A DNA stretch of 64,000 bases from Fimbriimonas sp. (lineage in GTDB: Bacteria; Armatimonadota; Fimbriimonadia; Fimbriimonadales; Fimbriimonadaceae). Shown in pieces: positions 1 through 9,353 of the stretch (the stretch's first letter is position 1; every line of letters starts with the position of its first letter). The stretch lies in contig JARXAE010000027.1 of the NCBI GenBank assembly GCA_029866005.1, forward strand, positions 906-64,905. Reading direction: 5' to 3'. The notes beneath the pieces were generated by a model. It was not told the origin of the DNA and ran no database searches. It was given only the letters and a program-made list of their open reading frames with translations. Made by a program: the position numbers and the translations under genes.

Positions 1-2014
1 GGGTCAGCCGGTGACGATGTTGATTCCTCAGGTTATTGGGTTTAAGCTTTCAGGTCGGCTTCGCGAGGGGACTACTGCGACTGATTTGGTTTTGACCGTT
101 ACTCAGATGCTTCGGGCGCGGGGCGTGGTTGGCAAGTTTGTTGAGTTCTTTGGGCCTGGATTGGAGACGATGCCGCTTGCGGATCGTGCGACGATCGCGA
201 ATATGGCTCCGGAGTACGGCGCGACTTGCGGAATCTTCCCGGTTGATGCCGAGGCTTTGCGGTACATGGCTCTGACAGGTCGATCGCAAGAGTCAATTGA
301 ACTGACCGAGGCTTACTACCGGGCGCAGGGAATGTTCTGGGAGCCGGGCGCTCCGGATCCGGTGTTTACGGATACGTTGACGCTTGATCTGGGAACGGTT
401 GAGCCTTCGGTCGCAGGACCTAAGCGGCCACAGGATCGGTTGGTCTTGTCGGAGATTCGGTCGAACTTTGCTTCGACGTTCAAGGACCAGATTTCGGTTG
501 CGGCCACTGAGGGTGGGGCCGCGGCTTCGAAGACTTTCACCGAGGCGGAGACCGAGGCAAATGCGGCGGCAGGCTCGGTCGGGCATGGCTCGGTTGTGGT
601 TGCGGCGATCACGTCGTGTACCAACACTTCGAACCCTTCAGTGCTTCTGGCGGCTGGTTTGGTGGCAAAGAAGGCAGTTGAGAGGGGTCTGGACGTCAAG
701 CCTTGGGTGAAGACTTCGCTCGCTCCGGGTTCGCGCGTTGCGGGAGATATCTACCGCGCGGCGGGCTTGCTGGAGTACATGGAGGCGTTGAACTTCCACA
801 TCGTTGGATACGGGTGTACGACGTGTATTGGTAACTCAGGACCGTTGCCGCAGGCGATTAGCGATAAGGTTAACAAGGAAAACTTGGTCGTTACTTCGGT
901 GCTTTCTGGGAACCGAAACTTTGAGGGGCGGATTGGACCGGACATCAAGGCGAACTACCTGATGTCGCCGCCGTTGGTTGTTGCTTACGCTTTGGCGGGC
1001 ACGATTAACATTGACTTGAATACTGATCCGCTTGGAGTTGGTGCTGATGGTTCGCCGGTTTATCTGAAGGACATCTGGCCAACTCAGCACGAGGTTGCGG
1101 AAGCAGTTGCGGGCGCGGTGACGACGGGCTTGTTCAACAAGCACTACGCCGACGTGTTTAAGGGCGACGAGAAGTGGCAGGCGATTGGGGTTGAGGGGTC
1201 CGACCGATTCGGTTGGGATTCTGACTCGACTTATATCAAGAATCCGCCTTACTTTGAGGCGATGTCGGCTACGGCGCCTTCGACGGTCGCTGATCTTCAC
1301 GCAATGCGGGCATTGGCGGTTCTGGGTGACTCGATCACTACGGACCACATCTCCCCTGCAGGCTCCATCAAGGCGAACACTCCGGGTGGTCAGTTCCTGA
1401 TCTCGCGTGGCGTGGAGGCAAAGATGTTCAACTCGTACGGCTCGCGCCGTGGAAACGACGACGTGATGGTTCGGGGAACGTTTGCGAACATTCGACTTCG
1501 CAACCAGCTCGCTCCGGGCACTGAGGGTGGATACACTACGTACCTGCCGACGGGCGAGGTGGAGTTCATCTACGATGCGGCGGTGAAGTACAAGGCGTCG
1601 GGCACGAAGCTGTTCATTATCGCAGGCAAGGAGTACGGTTCAGGTTCTAGCCGCGACTGGGCGGCAAAGGGGACCTTCATGCTCGGCGTGAAGTCGGTTC
1701 TGGCGCAAAGCTTTGAGCGGATTCACCGATCCAACTTGGTGGGAATGGGTGTCTTGCCGCTGGAGTTCGTCGACGGGGCTTCGGCTCAGTCGCTTGGATT
1801 GACGGGACATGAGGTGTTCGATCTTCAGGGTCTGTCAGCTGCCGTTGCTTCGGAATTTGCAGGCGGAAAGGTGCTGACGATGAAGGCGACGGCAACCGAT
1901 GGGTCGGTGAAGGAGTTCCCGGTTCGAGTTCGAATCGATACTCCGCAGGAGATCCAGTATTACGTTCACGGCGGCATTCTGCAGTATGTTCTGCGGTCGC
2001 TTTTGAACGGCTAA
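1..2014 (+). CDS. acnA: Aconitate hydratase A, 5'-truncated by the window edge
   Basis: Frame is open from base 2 (GQPVTMLIPQVIGF). Motifs AITSCTNTSNP, GYGCTTCIGNSG, SGNRNFEGR, DSITTDHISPAG, GSGSSRDWAAKG, SFERIHRSNLVGMG. Confidence 0.97.
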   Translation, partial: GQPVTMLIPQVIGFKLSGRLREGTTATDLVLTVTQMLRARGVVGKFVEFFGPGLETMPLADRATIANMAPEYGATCGIFPVDAEALRYMALTGRSQESIELTEAYYRAQGMFWEPGAPDPVFTDTLTLDLGTVEPSVAGPKRPQDRLVLSEIRSNFASTFKDQISVAATEGGAAASKTFTEAETEANAAAGSVGHGSVVVAAITSCTNTSNPSVLLAAGLVAKKAVERGLDVKPWVKTSLAPGSRVAGDIYRAAGLLEYMEALNFHIVGYGCTTCIGNSGPLPQAISDKVNKENLVVTSVLSGNRNFEGRIGPDIKANYLMSPPLVVAYALAGTINIDLNTDPLGVGADGSPVYLKDIWPTQHEVAEAVAGAVTTGLFNKHYADVFKGDEKWQAIGVEGSDRFGWDSDSTYIKNPPYFEAMSATAPSTVADLHAMRALAVLGDSITTDHISPAGSIKANTPGGQFLISRGVEAKMFNSYGSRRGNDDVMVRGTFANIRLRNQLAPGTEGGYTTYLPTGEVEFIYDAAVKYKASGTKLFIIAGKEYGSGSSRDWAAKGTFMLGVKSVLAQSFERIHRSNLVGMGVLPLEFVDGASAQSLGLTGHEVFDLQGLSAAVASEFAGGKVLTMKATATDGSVKEFPVRVRIDTPQEIQYYVHGGILQYVLRSLLNG

Positions 2015-2026
2015 TTGGCCGCGGTT

Positions 2027-2075
2027 GGGAACGGGGAGATCAGTCCAACGATTGATCTCCCCGTTCCCTTTTTTT
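2027..2075 (+). terminator. Intrinsic terminator after acnA
   Basis: 16-bp perfect stem GGGAACGGGGAGATCA / TGATCTCCCCGTTCCC followed by T7. Confidence 0.92.
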
Positions 2076-2107
2076 AGCCTCAGTAAAACGGCTAATCTAT
2101 TCCCACG

Positions 2108-3079
2108 ATGTTGAAAGTTGGTTTGGTTGGGTGCGGCTTCATGGGGTCGATGCATGCGAATGTCTATGCGACGATTGATGAGGCATCGCTTGTGGGAGTC
2201 TTTGATTCGAATCAGGAGCGAGGGGCGGCTTTCGCTGACAAGCACGGGATCAAGGCGTTTGCTTCGTTTGAAGAGCTTCTGAGCGAGGTCGAGGCAGTTG
2301 ATATCTGCCTGCCGACTTATCTGCATAAAGAGTTCACGTTAAAAGCGGCGCAGGCGAAGAAGCATGTCCTTTGCGAGAAGCCGATGGCTCTTACGGTCGA
2401 GGACGCTGAGGTGATGAAGGCGGCTTGTGAGGAGAACGATGTTCGGCTGATGATCGCGCACTGCATCCGGTTCTGGCCCGAGTATGCGATGTTGAAGCAG
2501 ATCGCTTTGACGGGCAATTTGGGCGAGCTTCTCAGCATTAACATGACTCGCTACGGCGAGTTTCCGCATTGGGGCAGTGATAACTGGCTGGCAGACGAGA
2601 GCAAGGCAGGGGGCGGAGCTTTGGACATGCACATCCATGACACGGACTTTGCGCTTTATCTGCTGGGTGAGCCGAAGGAGGTTTTCTCACGAGGAACAGT
2701 TGATGAGAAGGGCGTGAGCCACATCTTCTCGACGTTTGTTTATGACAAGGCGGTTTGTCACCTTGAGGGGGGATGGAACATGCCACCCCAGACTCCGTTT
2801 AAGATGGCGTTCCGGGCGGTGTTTGAGCAGGGCGCCGTGATCATGGATGGTGGACCGATGACGGTATACGAGAAGGGCAAGGATCCTTATGTTCCGGAGT
2901 TCCCCAAGATGGCGGCCGCGGGCGGTGGAAACATCAGCGACATGGGCGGCTACTACCACGAGATCAAGCACTTTGTGGACCGGGTGACCTCGGGCAAGCC
3001 GTTTGATGTGACGACGCCGGAGACATCAATTGCGTCACTACGATTGACTCTGAAAGAGATCGAATTGTCGAAGGCTTAA
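2108..3079 (+). CDS. Gfo/Idh/MocA family oxidoreductase
   Basis: N-terminal GLVGCGFMG Rossmann motif, HVLCEKPMA, GGGALDMHIHD. Confidence 0.93.
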   Translation: MLKVGLVGCGFMGSMHANVYATIDEASLVGVFDSNQERGAAFADKHGIKAFASFEELLSEVEAVDICLPTYLHKEFTLKAAQAKKHVLCEKPMALTVEDAEVMKAACEENDVRLMIAHCIRFWPEYAMLKQIALTGNLGELLSINMTRYGEFPHWGSDNWLADESKAGGGALDMHIHDTDFALYLLGEPKEVFSRGTVDEKGVSHIFSTFVYDKAVCHLEGGWNMPPQTPFKMAFRAVFEQGAVIMDGGPMTVYEKGKDPYVPEFPKMAAAGGGNISDMGGYYHEIKHFVDRVTSGKPFDVTTPETSIASLRLTLKEIELSKA

Positions 3080-3081
3080 CT

Positions 3082-3945
3082 TTGAAACGTCGCCTTTTCG
3101 TTCTTGCTTATCTTTCGCCAGCGGTACTGCTGTACAGCTTGTTTGTCGGCGTTCCGTTGATCCAGACGTTCTATTACTCTATGTTCCGGTGGAAGGGACT
3201 GTCGAAGAAGATGACGTTCGTGGGGTCAAAGAACCTCGTCACCGTTGCTCAAGACGAGGTGATGCATAAGGCGGCGGTGAACCAGTTCTTGCTACTGATT
3301 TGCGGCGGAATCTTGCTGATCGGGGTGAGCGTGGCGATTGCTCATGCGTTGGCTCAGCCGACGCGTTTGGCGAGAACGGTTCAGACGGTGATGCTTTTCC
3401 CGCAGGTGGTTTCGATTGTGGTGGTCGGGATTATGTGGTCGTTTTTGTTCAATCCGCGCTTCGGGATTACGCAGACGCTTGGGTGGCCGAAACTGGAGAA
3501 TGGGATTTTGGGGACGGAAGGCTGGGCGAATGTCGCCGTGCTCCTGGTGTTCTGCTGGCATGCGGTTGGGTTCTATGTGATGCTCTTTGGAGCGGGGATC
3601 AAGAACATTGATGGCGAGGTCTTGGAAGCGGCGCAGTTGGACGGATCGGGCGGCTGGCATCGGTTCAAGAACGTAACTTGGCCTCTGCTGTGGTCGGTGA
3701 AAAAGGTTGCGGTGGTTTATGTTGTAGCAAACGTCATGGGCATGTTTGCGATCGTTAAACTGCTCACAAAGATGGGACCGGATAATACGACCCAGTCGAT
3801 TCTGACGCTGGTCTACCAGCGAGGATGGGACGAATCTCAGATGGGTCAGGCGGCGACTTTGGCGGTTTACGGTTTTATTGTTGCGATGGCGTTGGGCGGG
3901 ATTGCGAGCTTGGCGATTGGGCGAAATCCGGAGAGGTCGCGATGA
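3082..3945 (+). CDS. Carbohydrate ABC transporter permease (MalF-like)
   Basis: Multiple TM segments; EAA loop EVLEAAQLDGSGGWHRFKNVTWPLL. Confidence 0.93.
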   Translation: MKRRLFVLAYLSPAVLLYSLFVGVPLIQTFYYSMFRWKGLSKKMTFVGSKNLVTVAQDEVMHKAAVNQFLLLICGGILLIGVSVAIAHALAQPTRLARTVQTVMLFPQVVSIVVVGIMWSFLFNPRFGITQTLGWPKLENGILGTEGWANVAVLLVFCWHAVGFYVMLFGAGIKNIDGEVLEAAQLDGSGGWHRFKNVTWPLLWSVKKVAVVYVVANVMGMFAIVKLLTKMGPDNTTQSILTLVYQRGWDESQMGQAATLAVYGFIVAMALGGIASLAIGRNPERSR

Positions 3946-4766
3946 ACAGATTCCTTGGTTGGCTGTTGCTTTGGGTGTTTCTGATCTCGATTGTGGGTCC
4001 GTTTGCTTGGGTGCTGATGACTTCGTTTAAGAGCGGGGCGAACATTCTCGCTTCGCCTTGGTCGCTGCCAACCGATCTTTCGCAGGGGTCAAAGAATTTC
4101 TCGGTTGCGTGGGGTGAGGGTGGCTTTGCAAAGAACTTTGTGACGTCGCTAATCGTGACGATTGGGACGCTGGTGATTCTGATTCCGGTGGGGTCGATGG
4201 CAGCTTATGTGCTTGCGAAGTATCCATTTAAGGGTTCGAAGTTCATTCTTGGCGGGTTCATGGGTGGGCTGATGTTCCCGAATTTCTTGGTCATTGTTCC
4301 GCTGTTTTTGCTTGTCGATAAGCTTGGATTGTTGAACACAAAGATCGGTCTGATCCTAGTTTATGTGGCTTACTCTCTGGCATTTACTGTGTTCGTGCTC
4401 CACGGATTTTTTCAAGCTTTGCCGGGTGAATTGATGGAAGCGGCGCGACTGGATGGGTGCTCGGACAATGCGACGTTCTGGAAGGTCATGCTTCCTTTGG
4501 CGAAACCCGGCGTGCTTGTCGTAGCTATCTTCAACCTGATCGGGCTTTGGAACGAGTACCCGCTGGCTTTAGTGTTGGCGAACACGCCAGACTTCACGAC
4601 TCTGCCGGTCGGGGTTGCAAACCTGACTGAGAATCAGCAGTACGCAGGGGACTGGGGGGCGCTGTTTGCGGGGATTGTGATCGTCATGATTCCGGTGATG
4701 GTGGTGTACTTGATCTTCCGAGACCAGATTCAAAAGACGATGCTGGCCGGTGCACTTAAGGGTTAG
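3942..4766 (+). CDS. Carbohydrate ABC transporter permease (MalG-like)
   Basis: EAA loop ELMEAARLDGCS, LWNEY motif. Start placed at ATG 3942 (ATGA overlap with the upstream stop) rather than 3825. Confidence 0.93.
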   Translation: MNRFLGWLLLWVFLISIVGPFAWVLMTSFKSGANILASPWSLPTDLSQGSKNFSVAWGEGGFAKNFVTSLIVTIGTLVILIPVGSMAAYVLAKYPFKGSKFILGGFMGGLMFPNFLVIVPLFLLVDKLGLLNTKIGLILVYVAYSLAFTVFVLHGFFQALPGELMEAARLDGCSDNATFWKVMLPLAKPGVLVVAIFNLIGLWNEYPLALVLANTPDFTTLPVGVANLTENQQYAGDWGALFAGIVIVMIPVMVVYLIFRDQIQKTMLAGALKG

Positions 4767-4805
4767 GGGATATTTCTCGGCACAGAAACAGCCTACAATA
4801 CTGAT

Positions 4806-5333
4806 GTGATGCAGATTAATCGACTTGCCATCCTCGGTTTGGCTACTTTCGGGCTTGCATGTGCAGCGAATGCTCAAATTGCAATTAGTGCAGGAACTTA
4901 TTCTGCAAACGATTCCGCCGTCCGAAATGTCTTTGGCAGAAATGCTTTTGCTTTGGGCTTAGCGTTCGGCCGATCTACTCGGGAAGGTCGAGCCGGCGGC
5001 GGTTTTGACCTTGTTGGTCTTAGCTTGAATGCACCGGGAAATCGTTTCCAGACGGTTGGAGCCACTTATGGCTTCGAAGTTCAGAGCGGTAACGACACCA
5101 ACGCCATGACTTACTTCCGAGCAAACGCGGGACTCGCCTACTATGATTTCAGCCTGAGTGCTCCACTCGTTCCAGCGGATGATCGGTATTTCCGACCGAT
5201 TACGACTTTTGAAGCCGGGGTTGTCCTGAGCAAGCGATTTACAGTCTCGGCGCAGTATCTGCTCATGCCGGATGCTGGAAACCTGAATTTCAGCGGTTTC
5301 CGCATCCAAGCACTATTTTCTCTGGTGCGATAG
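4806..5333 (+). CDS. Secreted protein, probable small outer-membrane beta-barrel
   Basis: Signal peptide ending ANA; alternating amphipathic strands with aromatic residues; terminal strand FRIQALFSLVR. Confidence 0.6.
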   Translation: MMQINRLAILGLATFGLACAANAQIAISAGTYSANDSAVRNVFGRNAFALGLAFGRSTREGRAGGGFDLVGLSLNAPGNRFQTVGATYGFEVQSGNDTNAMTYFRANAGLAYYDFSLSAPLVPADDRYFRPITTFEAGVVLSKRFTVSAQYLLMPDAGNLNFSGFRIQALFSLVR

Positions 5334-5336
5334 TCG

Positions 5337-6503
5337 CTATGCGCTTTCTTCGCTGAATTTGAGGTGGATACCCCGTTTCTGGATTTCTTCCACGAAGCGG
5401 GTTCCGGAAAGGGCGAGCTCGTATCGGAGAGCGCCCTTTTCTAGTTTGCCGTTGGCGGCGTCAATGGCATAAATTGCCAATGAGAATCCGGTGAGCCGCT
5501 CCATGCTCGTAAAGCCGGTAATTTCACACTGCCGATCGTGAATATCGATCTGGAGCTTCTTTTTAGATCCGCCCTTGGTTCCAACGCCAACAGCTCGGAT
5601 AATGCATTGATCAAGGTCTTTGATCTTCATTAACTCTTCGCCAAAGACTCGGCACCAAACGTCCTTTGGTCGAACCTTAACGCCCTTCACTTCGACTTCA
5701 TCTTCGCGCCAGAAGCCGAAATCTTTGTATAGCTTCATGGCATAGCAGTGACCAGGGAAGCGAAAGGTTTTGTACTCGTAGTTGGTCACTTTGCCCTGGA
5801 ATGAGTAAGGTGCCATGCTGGTGCCGCCTGAGGTGACGAAGGCTTCCATTTCGCCCAGCTCGTCGACGACGAGGGTTTCTAGCTCGGTCAGGGTATCCAC
5901 CATTTGGATTTCGTTGTTCCGGAGGACAACGGCTTGGAAATCGTATTCGGTAACGAGACCTTCAACGTTAAAAGTGACCTTGTAGTTAAGCGGCGGAACC
6001 GGATTTTGAGGGAGGACTCCGCAGTAGAGCTTTACCGAGTCAGTGGTGTCGAGATTCTCGATCAGCCAGCAGCCGAGCGAGTTGACAAGCCCCGGAGCAA
6101 GGCCGCAGTCCGGGACAAGGGTGACGCCGGCGGCTTTGGCAGCATCATTCATTGCCAAAGTTTCCATGGTCACATCGGTGTTTCCGCCGAGGTCGCACAT
6201 CGAGGTTCCGGTTGAGATGGCGACTCGGGCGATGGAAGGGTGCATGTAGTACGGCACGCAAGAGAGCAGCACGTCGGCGTCCGCTAGAAGAGCAGTAAGG
6301 GAGGCATCGTCCTTTGCATTCGCTTGGGCGGCCGTGCATGCGTTGGAGCCAACGAGCTTGTTGACACGATCGGCAGATTTTTGGGCCTGTTCGAGGCTCA
6401 TGTCAGCCAGGGTGATGGATTCGGCGTCAGCGAATTTTGCGAGATCGTATGCGGCGGCGGTGCCTTGCATGCCTGCTCCGAGGATGACGTATTTTGCTTT
6501 CAT
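5337..6503 (-). CDS. Saccharopine dehydrogenase family oxidoreductase
   Basis: ILGAGMQG NAD(P) motif, PDCGLAPGL, FNVEGL.TEY, YKTFRFPGH. Confidence 0.9.
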   Translation of the reverse strand: MKAKYVILGAGMQGTAAAYDLAKFADAESITLADMSLEQAQKSADRVNKLVGSNACTAAQANAKDDASLTALLADADVLLSCVPYYMHPSIARVAISTGTSMCDLGGNTDVTMETLAMNDAAKAAGVTLVPDCGLAPGLVNSLGCWLIENLDTTDSVKLYCGVLPQNPVPPLNYKVTFNVEGLVTEYDFQAVVLRNNEIQMVDTLTELETLVVDELGEMEAFVTSGGTSMAPYSFQGKVTNYEYKTFRFPGHCYAMKLYKDFGFWREDEVEVKGVKVRPKDVWCRVFGEELMKIKDLDQCIIRAVGVGTKGGSKKKLQIDIHDRQCEITGFTSMERLTGFSLAIYAIDAANGKLEKGALRYELALSGTRFVEEIQKRGIHLKFSEESA

Positions 6504-6698
6504 GTTTTTGGTCCTACAACGCCTTTGTAGTTGGACAAAGAGAGGGCGTTTCTAGTTCAAATTATCCTGATTTTCTTCGACACAGGCTTGGTCTTTACGG
6601 TTTGTTAAGATAACCTGTCGTGAAACGGTCGATAAAGACGTTCGTTGGATAACTCTGGATGCGGGTCAAGAGTGTTGACCCATTTTAGGATAAGGATT

Positions 6699-8573
6699 AT
6701 GAAAAGACCTTTTGCAATGTTTGGAGCGGGAATTCTTGCCCTCTTGATGTGTTCGTCGGGCCGTGCTCAAGACACGGTGAAGTTTACGACCGCCGACCTG
6801 GAGAAGATGGTGGCGGAGATCTCAAAGTATCTACCCGAGGATCCTCGGCTCAACTACCCCGTGAAATGTTTCGTTGTTGACAACCCAGATGTCAATGCGA
6901 ACGCCTCGGCGTTCTACCCTGATGAGAACAAGAAGGAAGGCAAGCCCACGGCTCGAATGCGGGTCTATACCGGGTTGTTCAAGTGGATGAACAACGATAT
7001 TCGCCTTGTGCGAGCGGTTGTTGCCCACGAGCTAGCTCACCTCTCGAAGAAGCACTTGGGTTCGGGCATGAAGGCGGATGATTTGGACCTGGTGTTCACG
7101 CGCCAAAAGGAATATGAGGCGGACACCACTGGTGCCGCGGTTCTGGAGAAGTGTGGTTACTCTCGAAAGGACATGACCGATATGCTGCTCCGACTTGGTG
7201 AAGTCGGTCGAACGGCTCCGGCGAGCATCAAGGTGATGGGTGATCATGCAGATTGCCAGCGGCGGGCGGCGGCGGTGGACAAGAGTAATTTGGTCTTGCG
7301 CTCAATGGTGTCGTTCACGACGGGAGAGGCTTACATGGATGTCCGAGCCTACAACAAGGCAAAGGAACAATTTGACAGAGCTGCTGAGGAAGCACCAGAT
7401 TTTTACGAAGCCAAGTTTAACGCCGCCCAAGCAGCGTTGCTGTTCTACTACGATAATGTTGATCCGGTTGTCAAAGAACTCTGGTACCAGCCAGACTTCG
7501 GCGCATCCTTGCTACTTCCGTTAAGCACGGGGAAGGCAGGCAAACTTACGCCTCAGGATCAATCGAACTACGCTGAAGCTTTGAGGCGTATCCGCGTCAC
7601 GGCTTTACAACTCAACTCACGGTCAGAAGCGACGGAGTTACTTGGTCTCGCTCTCGTTCTCGACCCAGACGGCAAACCGGCGGCGATCTCCGAAGGTATC
7701 GCGACGCTTGAGAAGGTCCTGACGACTGCGGTCACTCCAGACGACCGGCTGCGCATCACAAACAACCTTGCGATTGGCTACCAGCGTCAAGGAAACGTTG
7801 CTACCGCCATTGACAAAATGCTGGCGGAGCAAAAGAAGTCGACTCGTTTTAACGCTTATCTTGCCGCCAACCTTGGCGCGCAGCCACTTCCCGCCAAAGT
7901 CAAAGGAGACGAAGCCAAAACTGCGCTCAACGTGCTCTACACGTTCTTGAGTAACACAAACGACCAAGCGAGAGGATATTCCCTAGTGCAGAAGTCGTTC
8001 GAAGACCTCAAGAAGCGGCTGAACCTCACGACAAAGGAGATTTCTCGCCGGGGTATTCCGATTTGCAGAGCCTTTTCGCTCACCGATAGTGGTCGAACGG
8101 TCTTCATGCTCGACCCCTTTGAAAAGTATTACAAGAGCATCGGCGTTCTTGACGTGATTCAGAGCTACAGCAGCAAATTCGCGAGTCTGTTGGAGTTCGT
8201 TTGGCAGGGCGGAAATTTTTCGATCCTGACTGATAAGCAGTACGACGAGAACGATAAGAACGATGGGAGGATAACACCAGATTTGGTCAAGACCCTCGAG
8301 GTGATTCGTGTCACGAGCTATAACCCAGGCGCATTCATTGAGATGCGCTCGGCGGACGACAAGGTGGACGTGGCGTTCCGAGTGACGGTGGGGATGTCGA
8401 TTGAGGAGTTCAACAAATTCATCGACTCGGGAAGCGGACAGGCTCGGCAGCTGATTCGAAATGCGGCGATGGAAGAGTGGATTTACTTCCAAGGATTGAA
8501 CTTTGGAATCTTTGTGAAGGACAAAAAGGTGGCAGGGGTTACCGTTTGCCCATTGAATGCTCCGGAAGATTGA
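6699..8573 (+). CDS. M48-family zinc metalloprotease with TPR-like repeats and an unassigned C-terminal region
   Basis: Signal peptide, NANA, AVVAHELAH (HExxH), EYEADTTG third ligand; helical TPR-like region (AKEQFDRAAEEAPDFYEAKFNAA). Start placed at ATG 6699. Confidence 0.8.
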   Translation: MKRPFAMFGAGILALLMCSSGRAQDTVKFTTADLEKMVAEISKYLPEDPRLNYPVKCFVVDNPDVNANASAFYPDENKKEGKPTARMRVYTGLFKWMNNDIRLVRAVVAHELAHLSKKHLGSGMKADDLDLVFTRQKEYEADTTGAAVLEKCGYSRKDMTDMLLRLGEVGRTAPASIKVMGDHADCQRRAAAVDKSNLVLRSMVSFTTGEAYMDVRAYNKAKEQFDRAAEEAPDFYEAKFNAAQAALLFYYDNVDPVVKELWYQPDFGASLLLPLSTGKAGKLTPQDQSNYAEALRRIRVTALQLNSRSEATELLGLALVLDPDGKPAAISEGIATLEKVLTTAVTPDDRLRITNNLAIGYQRQGNVATAIDKMLAEQKKSTRFNAYLAANLGAQPLPAKVKGDEAKTALNVLYTFLSNTNDQARGYSLVQKSFEDLKKRLNLTTKEISRRGIPICRAFSLTDSGRTVFMLDPFEKYYKSIGVLDVIQSYSSKFASLLEFVWQGGNFSILTDKQYDENDKNDGRITPDLVKTLEVIRVTSYNPGAFIEMRSADDKVDVAFRVTVGMSIEEFNKFIDSGSGQARQLIRNAAMEEWIYFQGLNFGIFVKDKKVAGVTVCPLNAPED

Positions 8574-8597
8574 TTCGGTCGATTTCAAAATCGATGA

Positions 8598-8627
8598 CCC
8601 CAGGCATGGTATTGCCTGGGGATTTTT
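8598..8627 (+). terminator. Probable intrinsic terminator after the M48 gene
   Basis: CCCCAGGCA / TGCCTGGGG stem followed by ATTTTT. Confidence 0.7.
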
Positions 8628-8643
8628 GCTAAGATCGTAAGAG

Positions 8644-9327
8644 ATGGCCGAAGCACTTGAGAGTCTGAGTAAGCGTGAGAGGCAGATCATGCTCCTCGCG
8701 GCCAGGGGACTGACAGATTCGGGGATCGCTCAGAAGCTTGAAATCAGTGCGGCGACGGTCGGAACCTATTGGGGCCGAATTCGTACAAAGCTGGGTCATC
8801 ATTCGCGCACAGAGTTGGTTGCCAACTATATGCGCGAGAAGGCTTCGGCGACTCTGGATGAGATGCGGAAGCAGAACGAAGCACTGCAAGCCGAGCTTGA
8901 ACTGAAGTCAAAGACCGCTGATCAGGCGCGGGGAAAGGCGGAGATGTTGCGGCGCGTGCTGAGCGCGGCTCCAGACGCGATTTTGCTTGTCAATCAAGAT
9001 GGATTAATCGAATACGCCAACGACGAGGCCGAACGGCTGTTCGGGTATTCCTCACACGAGCTTGCAAATCAGCTAGTTAATCTCCTGATTCCTAGTCGAT
9101 TCCACGGGCTTCATTCGCAGCATCGAAGCATGTACTTGGCCGATCCGACGAAGCGGCGGATGGGAGATCACTACGGTACTCCGGCTTTGAGAAAGGATGG
9201 ATCCGAGTTCTTGACCGCGACAACTCTGAGCGCGATGAAGACTTCGCAAGGGCAGGTTGTGACGGTCTGCGTTCGCGAATTGGATGAGTCGAAGATCATG
9301 GATGCCCCTGAATCTGGTGTGGCTTAG
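8644..9327 (+). CDS. LuxR-type HTH + coiled coil + PAS domain regulator
   Basis: LSKRERQIMLLAARGLTDSGIAQKLEISAATVGTYWGRIRTKLG (LuxR HTH); PDAILLVNQDGLIEYANDEAERLFGYS...ALRKDGSEF (PAS). Confidence 0.88.
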   Translation: MAEALESLSKRERQIMLLAARGLTDSGIAQKLEISAATVGTYWGRIRTKLGHHSRTELVANYMREKASATLDEMRKQNEALQAELELKSKTADQARGKAEMLRRVLSAAPDAILLVNQDGLIEYANDEAERLFGYSSHELANQLVNLLIPSRFHGLHSQHRSMYLADPTKRRMGDHYGTPALRKDGSEFLTATTLSAMKTSQGQVVTVCVRELDESKIMDAPESGVA

Positions 9328-9353
9328 ATTTGGGTTGACAGTAAACTCTCTAT

